Assembly: GCF_035594765.1 (NCBI RefSeq)
Contig: NC_085846.1
Span: 12,325,190-12,389,189 of the forward strand
DNA from: Anolis carolinensis
Taxonomy: Eukaryota
Reading direction: 5' to 3'
Length of the DNA: 64,000 nt
Below, piece by piece: positions 1-11,116 of the stretch. Made by a program: the position numbers and the translations under genes. The notes beneath the pieces were generated by a model. It was not told the origin of the DNA. It saw nothing but the letters and a program-made list of their open reading frames with translations, and did no database searches. The stretch's first letter is position 1; every line of letters starts with the position of its first letter.

Positions 1-610
1 TGCGTAGGTGGCTGTGGAGACCTATTCTTGACCCGCATGTTCTTCTGTAGTGAAGACATCAGTTTACAGATAGAAGGAGGTCCTGGTCGGGGTTGGCTTG
101 ACATGCCTTCCTCTTGGGACATTTCTCCCTTAAACCCTCCATTAGTGCCTCTTTGAATTCTGCAGCACTGCTGGTCACAGCTGACCTCCAGTTAGAGTAC
201 TCAAGGGCCAGGGCTTCCCAATTATCAGTGTCTATGCTAGAGTTTTTAAGGTTGGCTTTAAGCCCATCTTTAAATCTCTTTTCCTGCCCACCAACATTAC
301 GTTTTCTGTTCTTGAGTTGGGAGTAGAGTAACTGCTTTGGAAGATGGTGATCGGGCATTCAGACAATGTGGCCAGGCCAGTGGAGTTGATGGCGAAGGAG
401 CATCGCTTCAACGCTGGTGGTCTTTGCTTCTTCCAGCACGCTGACATTTTTCTGCCTGTCTTCCCAAGAGATTTGGATGATTTTTCAGAGACAACGCTGA
501 TGGAATCTTTCCAGTTGAGTGTCACATCTGTAGACAGTCCATGTTTCACAGGCATATAAGAGGGTTGAGAGACAATAGCTTTATAAACAAGCATCTTGGT
601 ATCCCTACGG
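1..610 (-). mobile_element. RTE-clade LINE 3' fragment
   Basis: Degenerate ORF2 C-terminus (LPKQLLYSQLKN..GGQEKRFKDGLKANLK). Related fragments at 41770-42410, 49805-50000 and 58420-58752 (TAAG tail). Confidence 0.8.
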
Positions 611-611
611 T

Positions 612-1560
612 GACTTTAGTGTATGGCCATCCCGTGAATAAGGGATTTCCAGGTCATCCTCAACAGCTCTGATCATGCCTTGCAAACCCAGGATGGTGGC
701 TTCCTTGATTGAATCTACCCATTTGGAATGTGGTCTTCCTCTTTCTTCCTTCTACATTACCAAGCATTTGCTATAAAAAGGAGGAAGGAAATGGGAAATA
801 ATGAATAAATGTGGCAGCACCTTCCAATGATAAGTCCAAAGTATGACAGCCTTAGTTTAGTCATCTTGGCTTTTAGGGACAACTCAAGCTTGATTCAACC
901 AGAGAAGTCAGCCATAGCCGAGCACTTGATGAACTAATCTGGACACAGCATATTATTTTAGAGCACAGGAATGCTGGACTAACAACCACCATGTCATATT
1001 ATGCAGAGAAGGCACTGAAATCCACAAGTATGTGGACAATTTCAACAGAAAGGAGGAAACCATGAAAATGAACAAAATCTGGCTACTTGTATTTAAAAAA
1101 CTCTAAAACCAGGACAGTAAATAAAGAACAATACTCAGAAAACAGAGAAATCCCAGACATTAAACAATCAGGGCCAACTAACACCTCCCAATAAAGGATT
1201 CCCCCAGGCAGGAAGCAGCCAGGCTTTGAAGCTGCAAGACAATTCAATGCTAATCAAAATGACCAATTGCAACATTCTCACTTGTCTCAAGCAGACAAGA
1301 GTTCTTTCTCCCACCCTGGATATTATTCCAGATATATAAACCCCTCTTTCCAACAGACCTCACAACCTCTGAGGATGCCTGCCATAAATGTGGGCAAAAC
1401 ATCAGGACAGAATGCTTCTGGAACATGGCCATACAGCCAGGAAAACTCATAGCAACTCTGGCTTGATTGTCCCTAAGATTTATTAGTCTTTTTAGCAGTC
1501 CACAGTAGCCACGGAACTATTTTCCAATACCACATTTCAAGTGCATTCATTTTCCTCCCA
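612..1560 (-). mobile_element. BovB-like RTE LINE 3' fragment split by a Penelope insertion
   Basis: Minus-strand remnants PWLLWTAKKTN, LSLKAKMTKLRLSYFG and GRPHSKWVDSIKEAT flank the Penelope. Confidence 0.65.
896..1458 (+). mobile_element. Penelope-like element 3' fragment
   Basis: QPEKSAIAEH...NFNRKEETMKMNKIW endonuclease C-terminus followed by a pseudo-LTR. Confidence 0.85.
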
Positions 1561-1597
1561 TTACATGTTTGAATTCTCCCTTTTGAATATAGCACAT

Positions 1598-1915
1598 GTG
1601 AAAGGAATCTAGGAGTCTTGGTAGACCACAAGTTGAACATGAGTCAACAGTGTGAAGTGGCTGCTAAGAAAGGCAATGTGATTCCAGGTTACATTAAGAG
1701 AAGCATAGCATTGAGTTTGAGGGAAGTCAAGAGTCTCACCTGGAAGACTGTCCAGTTCTCAGCAACACCGTTCAAGAGGGATATTGACAAACTGGAATGT
1801 GTCGACAGAAGGACAAACAAAATGATCTACAACCTGGAAGCCAAGCCCTATGTCCAGTCACTTAGAGAGTCTAGTATGTTTGGCTTGGAGAAGAAAAGGT
1901 TGAGAGGGGACATGA
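1598..1915 (+). mobile_element. CR1 LINE fragment
   Basis: LVDHKLNMSQQC...LEKKRLRGDMI, typical of the CR1 ORF2 3' end. Confidence 0.85.
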
Positions 1916-2835
1916 TAAAAAGGTTTAAAGGTGATTCTGGCCATGAAAGCCTTTGACAACACATTGCAGAAAAGGTTTTCATCATCGGCTGGTACAATTT
2001 TTCCAAGCTCTGTAGTGCTAACCTAGCAGTTCGAAAACATGCAAATGTGAGTAGATCAATAGGTACAGCTTCTGCGGGAAGGTAATGTAGCCCCATGCAG
2101 TCATACTGGCCACATGACCTAGGAGGTGTCTATGGACAATGCCGGTTCTTATACATATTATTAACTTATTTTTTAATTTTACAAACACTATGTTTTAAAA
2201 TATTTTCTTGCTCCCTACAGCAACCCTGTGAGGCAGATTAGATTGAAAGATTAAGTCCTGATGTATGGATTTCACAGCTGGAGAGAAACATGTCTCTGGG
2301 ATTAACCTGGCAGTATAAATCATGCTCCAGCCATGATGCCAGCCACGTGGCTCTCAAATTGCCTCCACATCTGTCTGACAAAAACATCCACACCCAGAAA
2401 GAAACACCTTAACACAGCCTTGGGACAAGAGCAACAGTTATCAGAGCCACAGAAGACTCCTGCCCCTTCGTTTCTTGTCCCTGGAGGCCTCACCTGTCGA
2501 CGATGACAGGTCCCGGCTCACATGCGGCGGGACAGGAAACCTTTAATTTCCCTGACAGATGTTGAATCACTCTTCACGTGCCTCTCAGCTGGAAACGCAA
2601 AGCTTGGGAACTCCTGGAATGTCTGAGGATTGAACCCGAGTCCCTGCCGTGGGAACCTGTGACAGGTCAACATGATGAAACCATGTGACAAAGTCATGAT
2701 TGACATAATTCACAGCCCTAAACGTGCCTCTTTTATGCACAGCATGGATCTCTGTGATGGATGGGTGCCTCTACAGTGTAGGTTTAGTGCAGTTTGACTA
2801 CACTTTACCTGCCATGGTTCAATGCTATGGAATGG

Positions 2836-2991
2836 TGGGCCTTCCAGATGTTTTGGACTCCAACTCCCACCATTCCTAACAGCCTCAGGCCCTTTCCTTT
2901 TCCCCCTCGGCCGCTTAAGCGGCCGAGGGGGAAAAGGAAGGGGCCTGAGGCTGTTAGGAATGGTGGGAGTTGGAGTCCAAAACACCTGGAG
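2836..2991. mobile_element. Palindromic hAT MITE (family A), termini missing
   Basis: Near-perfect palindrome centred on GCTTAAGC (2913-2920). Confidence 0.8.
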
Positions 2992-3341
2992 TCGCAGTTC
3001 CAATTTCAAAACATCCGGAGAGACTGAGCTAAACAATGCAAAATGATTTCCATATTCAAAAGCACATTAGATAGTTGGCATGGCCTCCATTAAGGATACA
3101 AAGCAAACAAACGGCTGCTTTCCACCTGACTTTCTTATGCTAATGTCAGAAAATGCAAGCTTTCCACATTCACAAAACAGGCTTTTGCTTGAGGAAAGTT
3201 CTCCCACAGTAAAAGAGTCAAATTCTATTCATATTTAGGAAGTTGCAAACCTACTGAGACTACAGTACATAATTCTGGATAGTGTGCCCTTCCATTCTAT
3301 AGGGAAGATGCAAAATGTGGAAACCTGTATTGTTGTCTGAA

Positions 3342-3388
<47 letters not shown>

Positions 3389-3389
<1 letters not shown>

Positions 3390-4003
3390 TGGAAAAGAAA
3401 AAGGTTTGGGTGCCATGCCAAAAGATCTCAGCCGGCATTTGGAAACAAAAGACATTGACAAAATCACGATCTGCCAACTGCAAAAGGCCACCCTACTGGG
3501 ATCTGCACACATCATCCGAAAATACATCACACAGTCCTAGACACTTGGAAAGTGTTCGACTTGTGATTTTGTGATACGAAATCCAGCATATCTATCTTGT
3601 TTGCTGTGTCATAATAAAAATAATAATTGGAAAAGAAAAAGGTTTGGATCATTGATGTTGCCATCCCAGGTGACTGTCAATTTGACGAAAAACAACAGAA
3701 AAACCTCAGCCGCTATCAGGACCTCAAGATTTAACTTCAGAGACTCTGGCAGAAACCAGTGCAGGTGGTCCCGGTGGTGATGGGCACACTGGGTGCTGTG
3801 CCAAAAGATCTCAGCCGGCATTTGGAAACAATAGACATTGACAAAATTACGGTCTGTCAACTGCAAAAGGCCACCCTACTAGGATCTGCGCGCATCATCC
3901 GAAAATACACCACACAGTCCTAGACACTTGGGAAGTGTTCGACTTGTGATTTTGTGAAACGAAATCCAGCATATCTGACTTGTTTGCTGTGTCATACAAT
4001 AAA
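3389..4003 (+). mobile_element. Two tandem R4/Dong-clade LINE 3' fragments within (TAA)n
   Basis: IIDVAIPGD..RYQDLKI..VVPVVMGTLG REL-endonuclease motif, flanked by (AAT)n arrays at 3343-3388 and 4004-4050. Confidence 0.8.
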
Positions 4004-4014
4004 ATAATAATAAC

Positions 4015-4050
<36 letters not shown>

Positions 4051-4244
4051 TTATTTATACCCCACCACCATCTCCCCAAGGGGACCCGGGGCAGCTTACA
4101 TGGGGCAGAGCCTGGATAGCATAATCAGATAAAAACAATTCACAATATAACAAGATAAAAACAAAATACAATATAAAACAAAGGTATTATAATAGTTGAT
4201 AATATCAGTCAACCGCCAAATACAATTCTGTCATCTACATAGGT

Positions 4245-4673
4245 TAGGGGTCCCCAAACTAAGGCCCGGGGGCCGGATGCGGCCCACCAAGGCCATTGAC
4301 CTGGCCCCCGCCCTCAGTTTTAGACTTGGGCTCGCCCAAAGTCTGAAATGACTTGAAGGCACACAATAACAACAATCCTACTTGATTATCTCAATGGCCA
4401 GAAGCAGGCCCACACTTCCCACTGAAATCTTGAAAAGTTTACAGTATGTTGGTTAAAATTATTTTTATTTTAAAATATTGTATTGTTCTTTCATTTACCA
4501 ATATTGTAAATGAAATATCGTAAATGAATTATATGGTAATAATATAATATATTGTGTATACATATAATATTGATAATAATATTATAATATAATACAATAT
4601 AATATTTATTTATTTATTTATTTGTTACAGTATTTCTACCCCGCCCTTCTCACCCAATACGGGACTCAGGGCG

Positions 4674-4723
<50 letters not shown>

Positions 4724-5119
4724 AATATAATAATATTGTATAATATAATGATATTAATTATATATTATATATTAAATGTAATATTATTAATAATATTACG
4801 GTATAATGGGATAGTACAATATAGTAATATATAGTGCTAATATTGTGCTATGCTAATAATATAATATATTGTATGTACATACAACTTGTAAGCTGCTCTG
4901 AGTCCCCTTTGGGGTGAGAGAGGGTGGGGTATAAATGTAGCAAATAAATAAATAAATAATTGTTGTTTTGGGGGGGGGGGTTGCACTACAAATAAGACAT
5001 GTGCAGTGTGCATAGGAATTTGTTTTTGTTTTTTTTCTTTTTCCAAATGATAATTCGGCCCCTCAACAATCTGAGGGACCATGAACCGGCCCTCCATTTA
5101 AAAAGTTTGAGGACCCCTG
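4245..5119. mobile_element. Non-autonomous hAT, OposCharlie1-like
   Basis: TIR (C/T)AGGGGTCC(C/T)CAAACT at both ends; exact 8-bp TSD ACATAGGT. Confidence 0.85.
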
Positions 5120-5259
5120 ACATAGGTGAAGGAACTAAAACATCAATGCAAGAATACAATGATGATATAAAATACATAGATAATAAAATAGGGACCTAAT
5201 AATAAAAATAGTAACTTTCTTGACTTCTGGGGCTTTTCCCTACTCCTCCTTTGTGTTTT

Positions 5260-5263
<4 letters not shown>

Positions 5264-5311
<48 letters not shown>
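5264..5311. repeat. (AAT)n microsatellite
   Basis: About 16 units. Others at 3343, 4004 and 4675; (CA)n at 34732; (TA)n at 49175. Confidence 0.95.
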
Positions 5312-5314
<3 letters not shown>

Positions 5315-5699
5315 CTTTATTTTTGTACCCCGCCTCCATCTCCCCGACGGCACTCGGGGTGGCTAACATGGGCCGAAGCCCAGGCAAAGCAAAAAATAAA
5401 TACAATAAAACAAAATAAAATACATACATGACAGGCATCATCAACAAGTAAAAACGCAACAAGGTAAAAACACAATACACACAGTAACATGGTAAAACAG
5501 TAAAATAGTAACAATAACATAATAAAACCTAGTATAAAATAAGGAATTAACAGGGAAGAAAAGATATAACATGAATAAAAAGTGGAGGAGAGAGCCTGGG
5601 TGGATCTACAGTGAAGACTTTGTGCAGTTTGACCTCATCAAACTGTCATAGCTAAATGCTATGGAATCCTGGGATTTGTAGTTTAGTGGGGTTGTAGAA

Positions 5700-6530
5700 T
5701 CATAGAGTTGGAAGAGACCTTGTGGGCCATCCAGTCCAACCCCATTCAGCCAAGAAGCAGGAAAATCGCATTAAAAGCATCCCTGACAGATGGCCATTCA
5801 GCCTCTGCTTAAAAGCCTCCAAAGAAGGAGCCTCCTCCACACTCCGGGGCAGAGAATTCCACTGCTGAACAGCTCTCAGAGTTAGGAAGTTCTTCATCAT
5901 GTTCTGGTGGAATCACCTTTCCTGAAGTTTGAAGCCGTTGTTCTGCATCCTAGTCTCCAAGCTTGCTCCCTTCTCCCTATGACTTCCCCTCACATAGTTA
6001 TACATGGCCATTGTGTTTCCTTTCAGCCTTCTCTTCTGCAGGCTAAATGTGCCCAGCTCTTTAAGCCACTCCTCATAGGGCTTGTTCTCCAGACCCTTGA
6101 TCATTTTAGTTGCCCTCCTCTGGACGCTTTCCAGCTTGTCAATATCTCTTTTCAATTGTGGTGCCCAGAATTGGACACAGTATTCCAGGTGTGGCCTGAC
6201 AAAGGCAGAATAGAGGGGGAGCATGACTTTTATAGATCTAGACACTTGATGCAGGCCAAAATCCCATTGGCTTTTTTAGCTGCCTCGTCACATTGTTGGC
6301 TCATGCTTAACTTGTTCCCCACGAGGACTCCAAGATCTTTTTCACACATCCTGCTGTCGAGCCAGGCATCCCTCATTCTGTATCTTTGCATTTAATTTTT
6401 TTCCCTACCTAAGTGGAGTAACTTGAATTTGTCCCTGTTGAACTTCATTTTGTTAGCTTTGGCTAGTCATCTATCTAATCTGTAAAGATCTTTTGATTCT
6501 GATCCTGTCTTCTGGAGTATTTGCTATCCT
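5700..6530 (-). mobile_element. CR1 LINE 3' fragment
   Basis: [19 protein letters not shown]...NFLTLRAVQQWNSLP with ATTCTA-type 3' repeat. Smaller pieces at 39245-39635 and 55788-55935. Confidence 0.9.
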
Positions 6531-6854
6531 TCGCTATGACAGAGAGCGCTAAAAATGATAAGTCTCATGATTCCATAGCATTCCACCTTGACAGTTTCCT
6601 GCCTTTTCTGCCACAGAGTGCTAGGGCCTCCTCAAACTACAACTCCCAGGATTCCATAGCACTGAGCTACGGCAGTTCAAAGTGCATTAATTAGGAATTG
6701 TGAGAGATGAAATACAAACACCTTTTGCCCATGCCTGTGTAGAACCACAACTCCTATATAGTTCCATAACACTGAGCTATGCCAGTTAAAGTGGGGCCAA
6801 ATAGCATCCAATCTACAGTGCAGCAAGGAGTTGGATGAAGGCCCAGCCTGGGCA

Positions 6855-7102
6855 GGCGACAGGTGAGTAGTATGCAAATCATGCCCAGGAGAGCGAGCAG
6901 GTGATTGGCCGGGGCTGAGAGCCTAGCCACACCCCCAGCAGGTTAGGCAGCTTGTCAGTCATCCTAAGGAAAGAGGCAAGAGTCTGTGAGCGCCGCCTCT
7001 TTCTCAGTCCACCTGTCTGCTGGGTTACCTGTAGCAGCTTCTTTGGCCGCTCCTTCTCCTGAAAGGCTGAAATCCAGGCACAGGAGGGAAAAAGAAGAGG
7101 CC
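6855..7102 (+). promoter_or_regulatory. Putative PRSS8 proximal promoter/5'UTR
   Basis: CAGGTG/CACCTG E-boxes (6860, 6898, 7010), octamer ATGCAAAT (6872), inverted CCAAT (6904) and CCACACCC (6927) in unique sequence just upstream of the ATG. Confidence 0.45.
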
Positions 7103-7157
7103 ATGGGGAGGCAAAAGAGAACCCTGGGACTTGGATTGAGTCTATTACTAAGCTGTG
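7103..7157 (+). CDS. PRSS8: Prostasin coding exon 1 (signal peptide start MGRQKRTLGLGLSLLLSC)
   Basis: GCCATGG Kozak context, basic-then-hydrophobic signal-like peptide, G|GTAAGT phase-1 donor matching the next exon. It lies 16 kb from exon 2, so the link is inferred. Confidence 0.72.
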
Positions 7158-7744
7158 GTAAGTAGGCGAGGAGGTGCAGTTGGGCAGACTGGGAAAGTTA
7201 CCTGGCTTTGGAAGAATCTCCCTAGAGTGAATCTCCATTGTAGAATGGATGCAGTTTGACACTGCTTTGGTTCAATGTTATTTGAGTTGTAGTTTTGGTG
7301 AGGCACTACTATGGCAGAGAAGGCGAAAGACCTTAGGGAACTACAGTTCCCAGGATTCCGTTGCACTGAGCAATACATACCATACCAGAGTGACGAGACT
7401 CATCATCACCATCTGACTTTGATTGTGTTGGATGCCTTCAATGAATTGCCAACGCAAATGGGATTTGCCAAAAGGCATCTTAACGCGTTTCCATGCTCAA
7501 GTGGGAATTTGAACCCAGGTTTGGCATAATCCTAAAACAATACCAATGCAACCTTGATACCGGTTTAACTGCCATAGCTCAATGCTAGGAAACTTTGGGA
7601 GTTGTAGTTCAACAGTGTCTTAAGCCTTCTTTGCCAAAGAGTGCTGGTGCCTCACTAAACTACAACTCCCAGGATTCCATAGCATTGAGACATGGCTGTT
7701 CAAGTGGGGGTAAACTGCAAAATTGTGGCTTTTAACACTTCTCA

Positions 7745-8085
7745 AATCTGGCTTGCTGTGAGTTTTCCCGGCTTGAACATTCTCTCCTGATGTTTTGCCC
7801 ACATCTATGACAGGCAACCTCAGAAGTTGTGAAGACTGTTGGAAACTAAGCAAGTGAAGTTTATATATTTGTGGAATGCCCAGGGTGGGAGAAAGAACTC
7901 TTGCTTGTTTGGGACAAGTGTGAATGCTGCAATTGGCCAGCTTGATGAGCATTGAATAGCCTTGCAGCTTCAAACCCCGGCTGCTTCCTGCCGGAGGGAA
8001 TCCTTTGCTAGGAGGTTTTAGTTGGTCTTGCAGCTAGTTAATGCTAATCAACCAAGTGATTCTGGCCATGAAAGTCTTCGACAAC
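7745..8085 (-). mobile_element. Penelope pseudo-LTR fragment
   Basis: Reverse complement of the 1200-1455 terminus. Confidence 0.8.
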
Positions 8086-8683
8086 ACTTTAAAAGTCTGT
8101 GCAGGTTTTTCGGGACACTGGCATTCTCAATCCAAAAAACGTCCTCGGATTTGCTCCATTGCGTACCTTTCTCCTGCCACTTGCTTTGACGTTTTTTGTA
8201 ATAGGTGACTAAGTAAGGGTTTCTTGGGGAGTGAAGAGTACACAGTACGAGGAATTGGGTTTAAAGTCTTCGAATACACTTTCAGGACATCTCCTTTGCT
8301 GATGTGAAAGGTAAAGGTTTGCTTAAAAGAGCGGAAGGCAATCCACTAGGAACATCCGCTTAATCAAAATGGAATGGATAACACATATCAAATTGTGGAA
8401 AGAAGCGTGTGTGGTATGACACTGAGTACATCTACATTGTTGAATTAATGTATTTAATTGCCAGGGCACAGTACTATGGAGTCCTGGGATTTGTAGTTCA
8501 TGAAGCACCAGCGCTTTTGGGCAGAGAAGGCTAAAGACTTTGGAAAACTACATCACTCATGATTCCATAGCATGGTGTCATGGTAGTTGAAGTGCTGTCA
8601 GTTGAGATGTACCTGTTGTTATGGTGCTTTTCAAATTCAGCACCCCAAAAGACATTAAAAACAGCTAAAATATTATTAAAAAG

Positions 8684-8883
8684 TTGCGGTATGGCCCTGT
8701 TCCAGAAGCATTCTCTCCTGACGCTTCACCTACAACTATGGCAGGCATCCTCACAAATTCTGAGAATGTTTGCCATAGATGTGGGCGAAACGTCAGGAGA
8801 GAATGCTTCTGGAACATGGCCATACAGCCCGGAAAACTCACAGCAAACTCAGAGATTCCGGCCATGAAAGCCTTCGACAACAT
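8684..8883. mobile_element. Inverted pair of Penelope pseudo-LTR ends
   Basis: 8684-8753 is the reverse complement of about 8760-8830. Confidence 0.82.
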
Positions 8884-9334
8884 ATTGCAAAAAAGGTTTT
8901 CGTCATCGGCTGGTATAATTTTTCCAAGCTCTGAAGTGCAAATGTGAGTAGATCAATAGGTACCGCTTCTGTGGGAAGGTAACGGTGCTCCATGCAGTCA
9001 TGCAGCCACATGACCTAGGAGGTGTCTACAGACAACGCCAGCTCTTCGGCTTAGAAATGGAGATGAGCACCAACCCCTAGAGTTGGACACGACTGGACTT
9101 AATGTCAGGGGAAACCTTTACTGCAGTGTCTCCAGTTATTCTGTCCCTCGCTTTTCCTTTCCTCTGTGCTAATAAGAGTGCTAGACACTGCACTTTTCTT
9201 TTTCTTCATCCACACCCCTGCCTTTTGCCTGCTGGCCATTTCTGCTTGGGAACTGAATCCGGTTTGGCAACCAGGCTGCGGAGATTGGGCTGTTAGTTAC
9301 AACCCGTTGGGTATCTTTCTGGAAAATTGTGCCA

Positions 9335-9504
9335 TCCAGGTGTTTTGGATTTCAACTCCCACCATTCCTAACAGCCTCAGGCCCCTTCCTTTCCCCCCTC
9401 GGCCGCTTAAGCGGCCGAGGGGGGAAAGGAAAGGGCCTGAGGCTGTTAGGAATGGTGGGAGTTGAAGTCCAAAACACCTGGAGGGCCGAAGTTTGCCCAT
9501 ACCT
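9335..9504. mobile_element. Palindromic hAT MITE (family A)
   Basis: Same palindrome; right TIR AAGTTTGCCCATACCT. Confidence 0.8.
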
Positions 9505-10008
9505 TGCTGGATGCACCTTTGTTGAGAATGAATTGTTGGGATACCTTAGAAGCTGGGTCAAGGTGTGTTTACCTGGTCGTGTGATGATGCAGAATAATTT
9601 ATTGCTTTGTCATGGTGTATGAGGAAGACAAATCAAAGTGATTCACTGTTGGTCTGTGGGCAAACATTTGGGATAAATTAGTTTATTTAGAAGAGGTACT
9701 GGGTTCACCACCTGTCAAGTTAGCCATAGATTAGGAAAATGTACTTTGTACATGCATAGAGCCTGATCCTCAATCTTCCTTCATACCGTTCCAGGTTGAC
9801 AATTAAAAAGACTCGTCGCAATCTAACATTTGTTGTGTTGGGTGCTTTTGATTCATTTCCAATATGGGACAATCAATCCTATTGTTCGGCTTATTTGGCA
9901 AGATCTGTTCCAGGAAGGTTATCCATTGAGTTCCTCCAAGGCAGAGAAAATGGGTTTCATTCCATAGTTGAGTGGTGATTCAAACCAGGGTCTGCTCTAA
10001 TCTTAAGG

Positions 10009-10136
10009 CAGTGGTTCTCAACCTGTGGGTCTCCAGGTGTTTTGGCCTACAACTCCCAGAAATCCCAGCCAATTTATTAGGATTTCTGGGAGTTGAAGGC
10101 CAAAACAGTTGGTCATCCACAGGTTGAGAACCACTG
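10009..10136. mobile_element. hAT MITE with SPIN-like TIRs (family C)
   Basis: CAGTGGTTCTCAACCTGTGG TIRs, degenerate 8-bp TSD. Further copies at 25069-25195, 34442-34535 and 62670-62804. Confidence 0.8.
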
Positions 10137-10793
10137 TCCTAAGACAACACTAAAAGTGCATCAATACTGTAGCATGAATACAGCTTGACATCACTTTAAC
10201 TACTATGCCTCAGTGCTATGGAATTCTATGAGCTGTAGTTTTATAAGGTCTTTAGCCTTCTCTGACAAAGTATGATGGTGTCTCACCAAACTACAACTCC
10301 CAGGGTTCCATAGCAGTGAGTCATGGCAATTAAAGTGGTGTCAAACTGCATTCATTCTACAATATACAATGCACCCCATAACAACTACATCACACTGACT
10401 TCAACAATCAGACATATGCAAGGCTTTAAATGAGCTATGCTTGATTGTACGAAGTCTGTATTTAAAAGTTTTCTTAATTCATGGTTTATTTTTTTAATCC
10501 ATTTTTGTTTGTATCCATCATCTGTTACTTTCTTGGAATTCTGGCAGGTAGCGGATGCATCCACACATTAAGATTAATGCAGTTTTACACCAGTTTAACT
10601 GCCATAGTGGAATCATGGTTACTGTGGTGCATTGAGGCACCAGCACTATAGCAGAAGAAGCTAAAATTCTTGTAAAACTACAATTCCCAGGATTCCATAA
10701 CATTGAGCCATGGTACTTACATTGATGTTGAACTGCATTAATCCAACAGTGTAACTACACCCAGAGAGATGTATTATATATATGTATGAGATA

Positions 10794-11116
10794 GGTTAAA
10801 GGTAAAGGTTTTCCTCTGACATAAATTCCAGTAGTGTCCAACTCTGGGGGTTGGTGCTCATCTCCATTTCTAAGCCAAAGAGCCAGCGTTGTCCGTAGAC
10901 TTCTCCAAGGCCATGTGGCCGGCATGACTGCATGGAGTGTTATTACCTTCCCACCGAGGTGGTACCTATTGAGCTACTCACATTTGCATTTTGAACTGCT
11001 AGGTTGGCAGAAGCTGGGGCTAACAGCAGGAGCTCACTCTGCTCCCCGGATTCAAACCGCTGACTTTTCGGTCAGAAAGTTCAGCAGCTCAGTGCTTTAG
11101 CACAGTGTGCCACCAG
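10794..11116 (-). mobile_element. Sauria SINE
   Basis: Same consensus. Other minus copies at 14188-14500, 15200-15515, 15522-15823, 25196-25490 and 44190-44355; plus partials at 2015-2150, 8937-9122, 11911-12128 and 27415-27670. Confidence 0.9.

Noticed and set aside
10834-11100. Recurrent MSDSGGWCSSPFLS.. and [14 protein letters not shown].. ORFs as a gene family
   Set aside because: They are translations of the Sauria SINE antisense strand and of the palindromic MITE.
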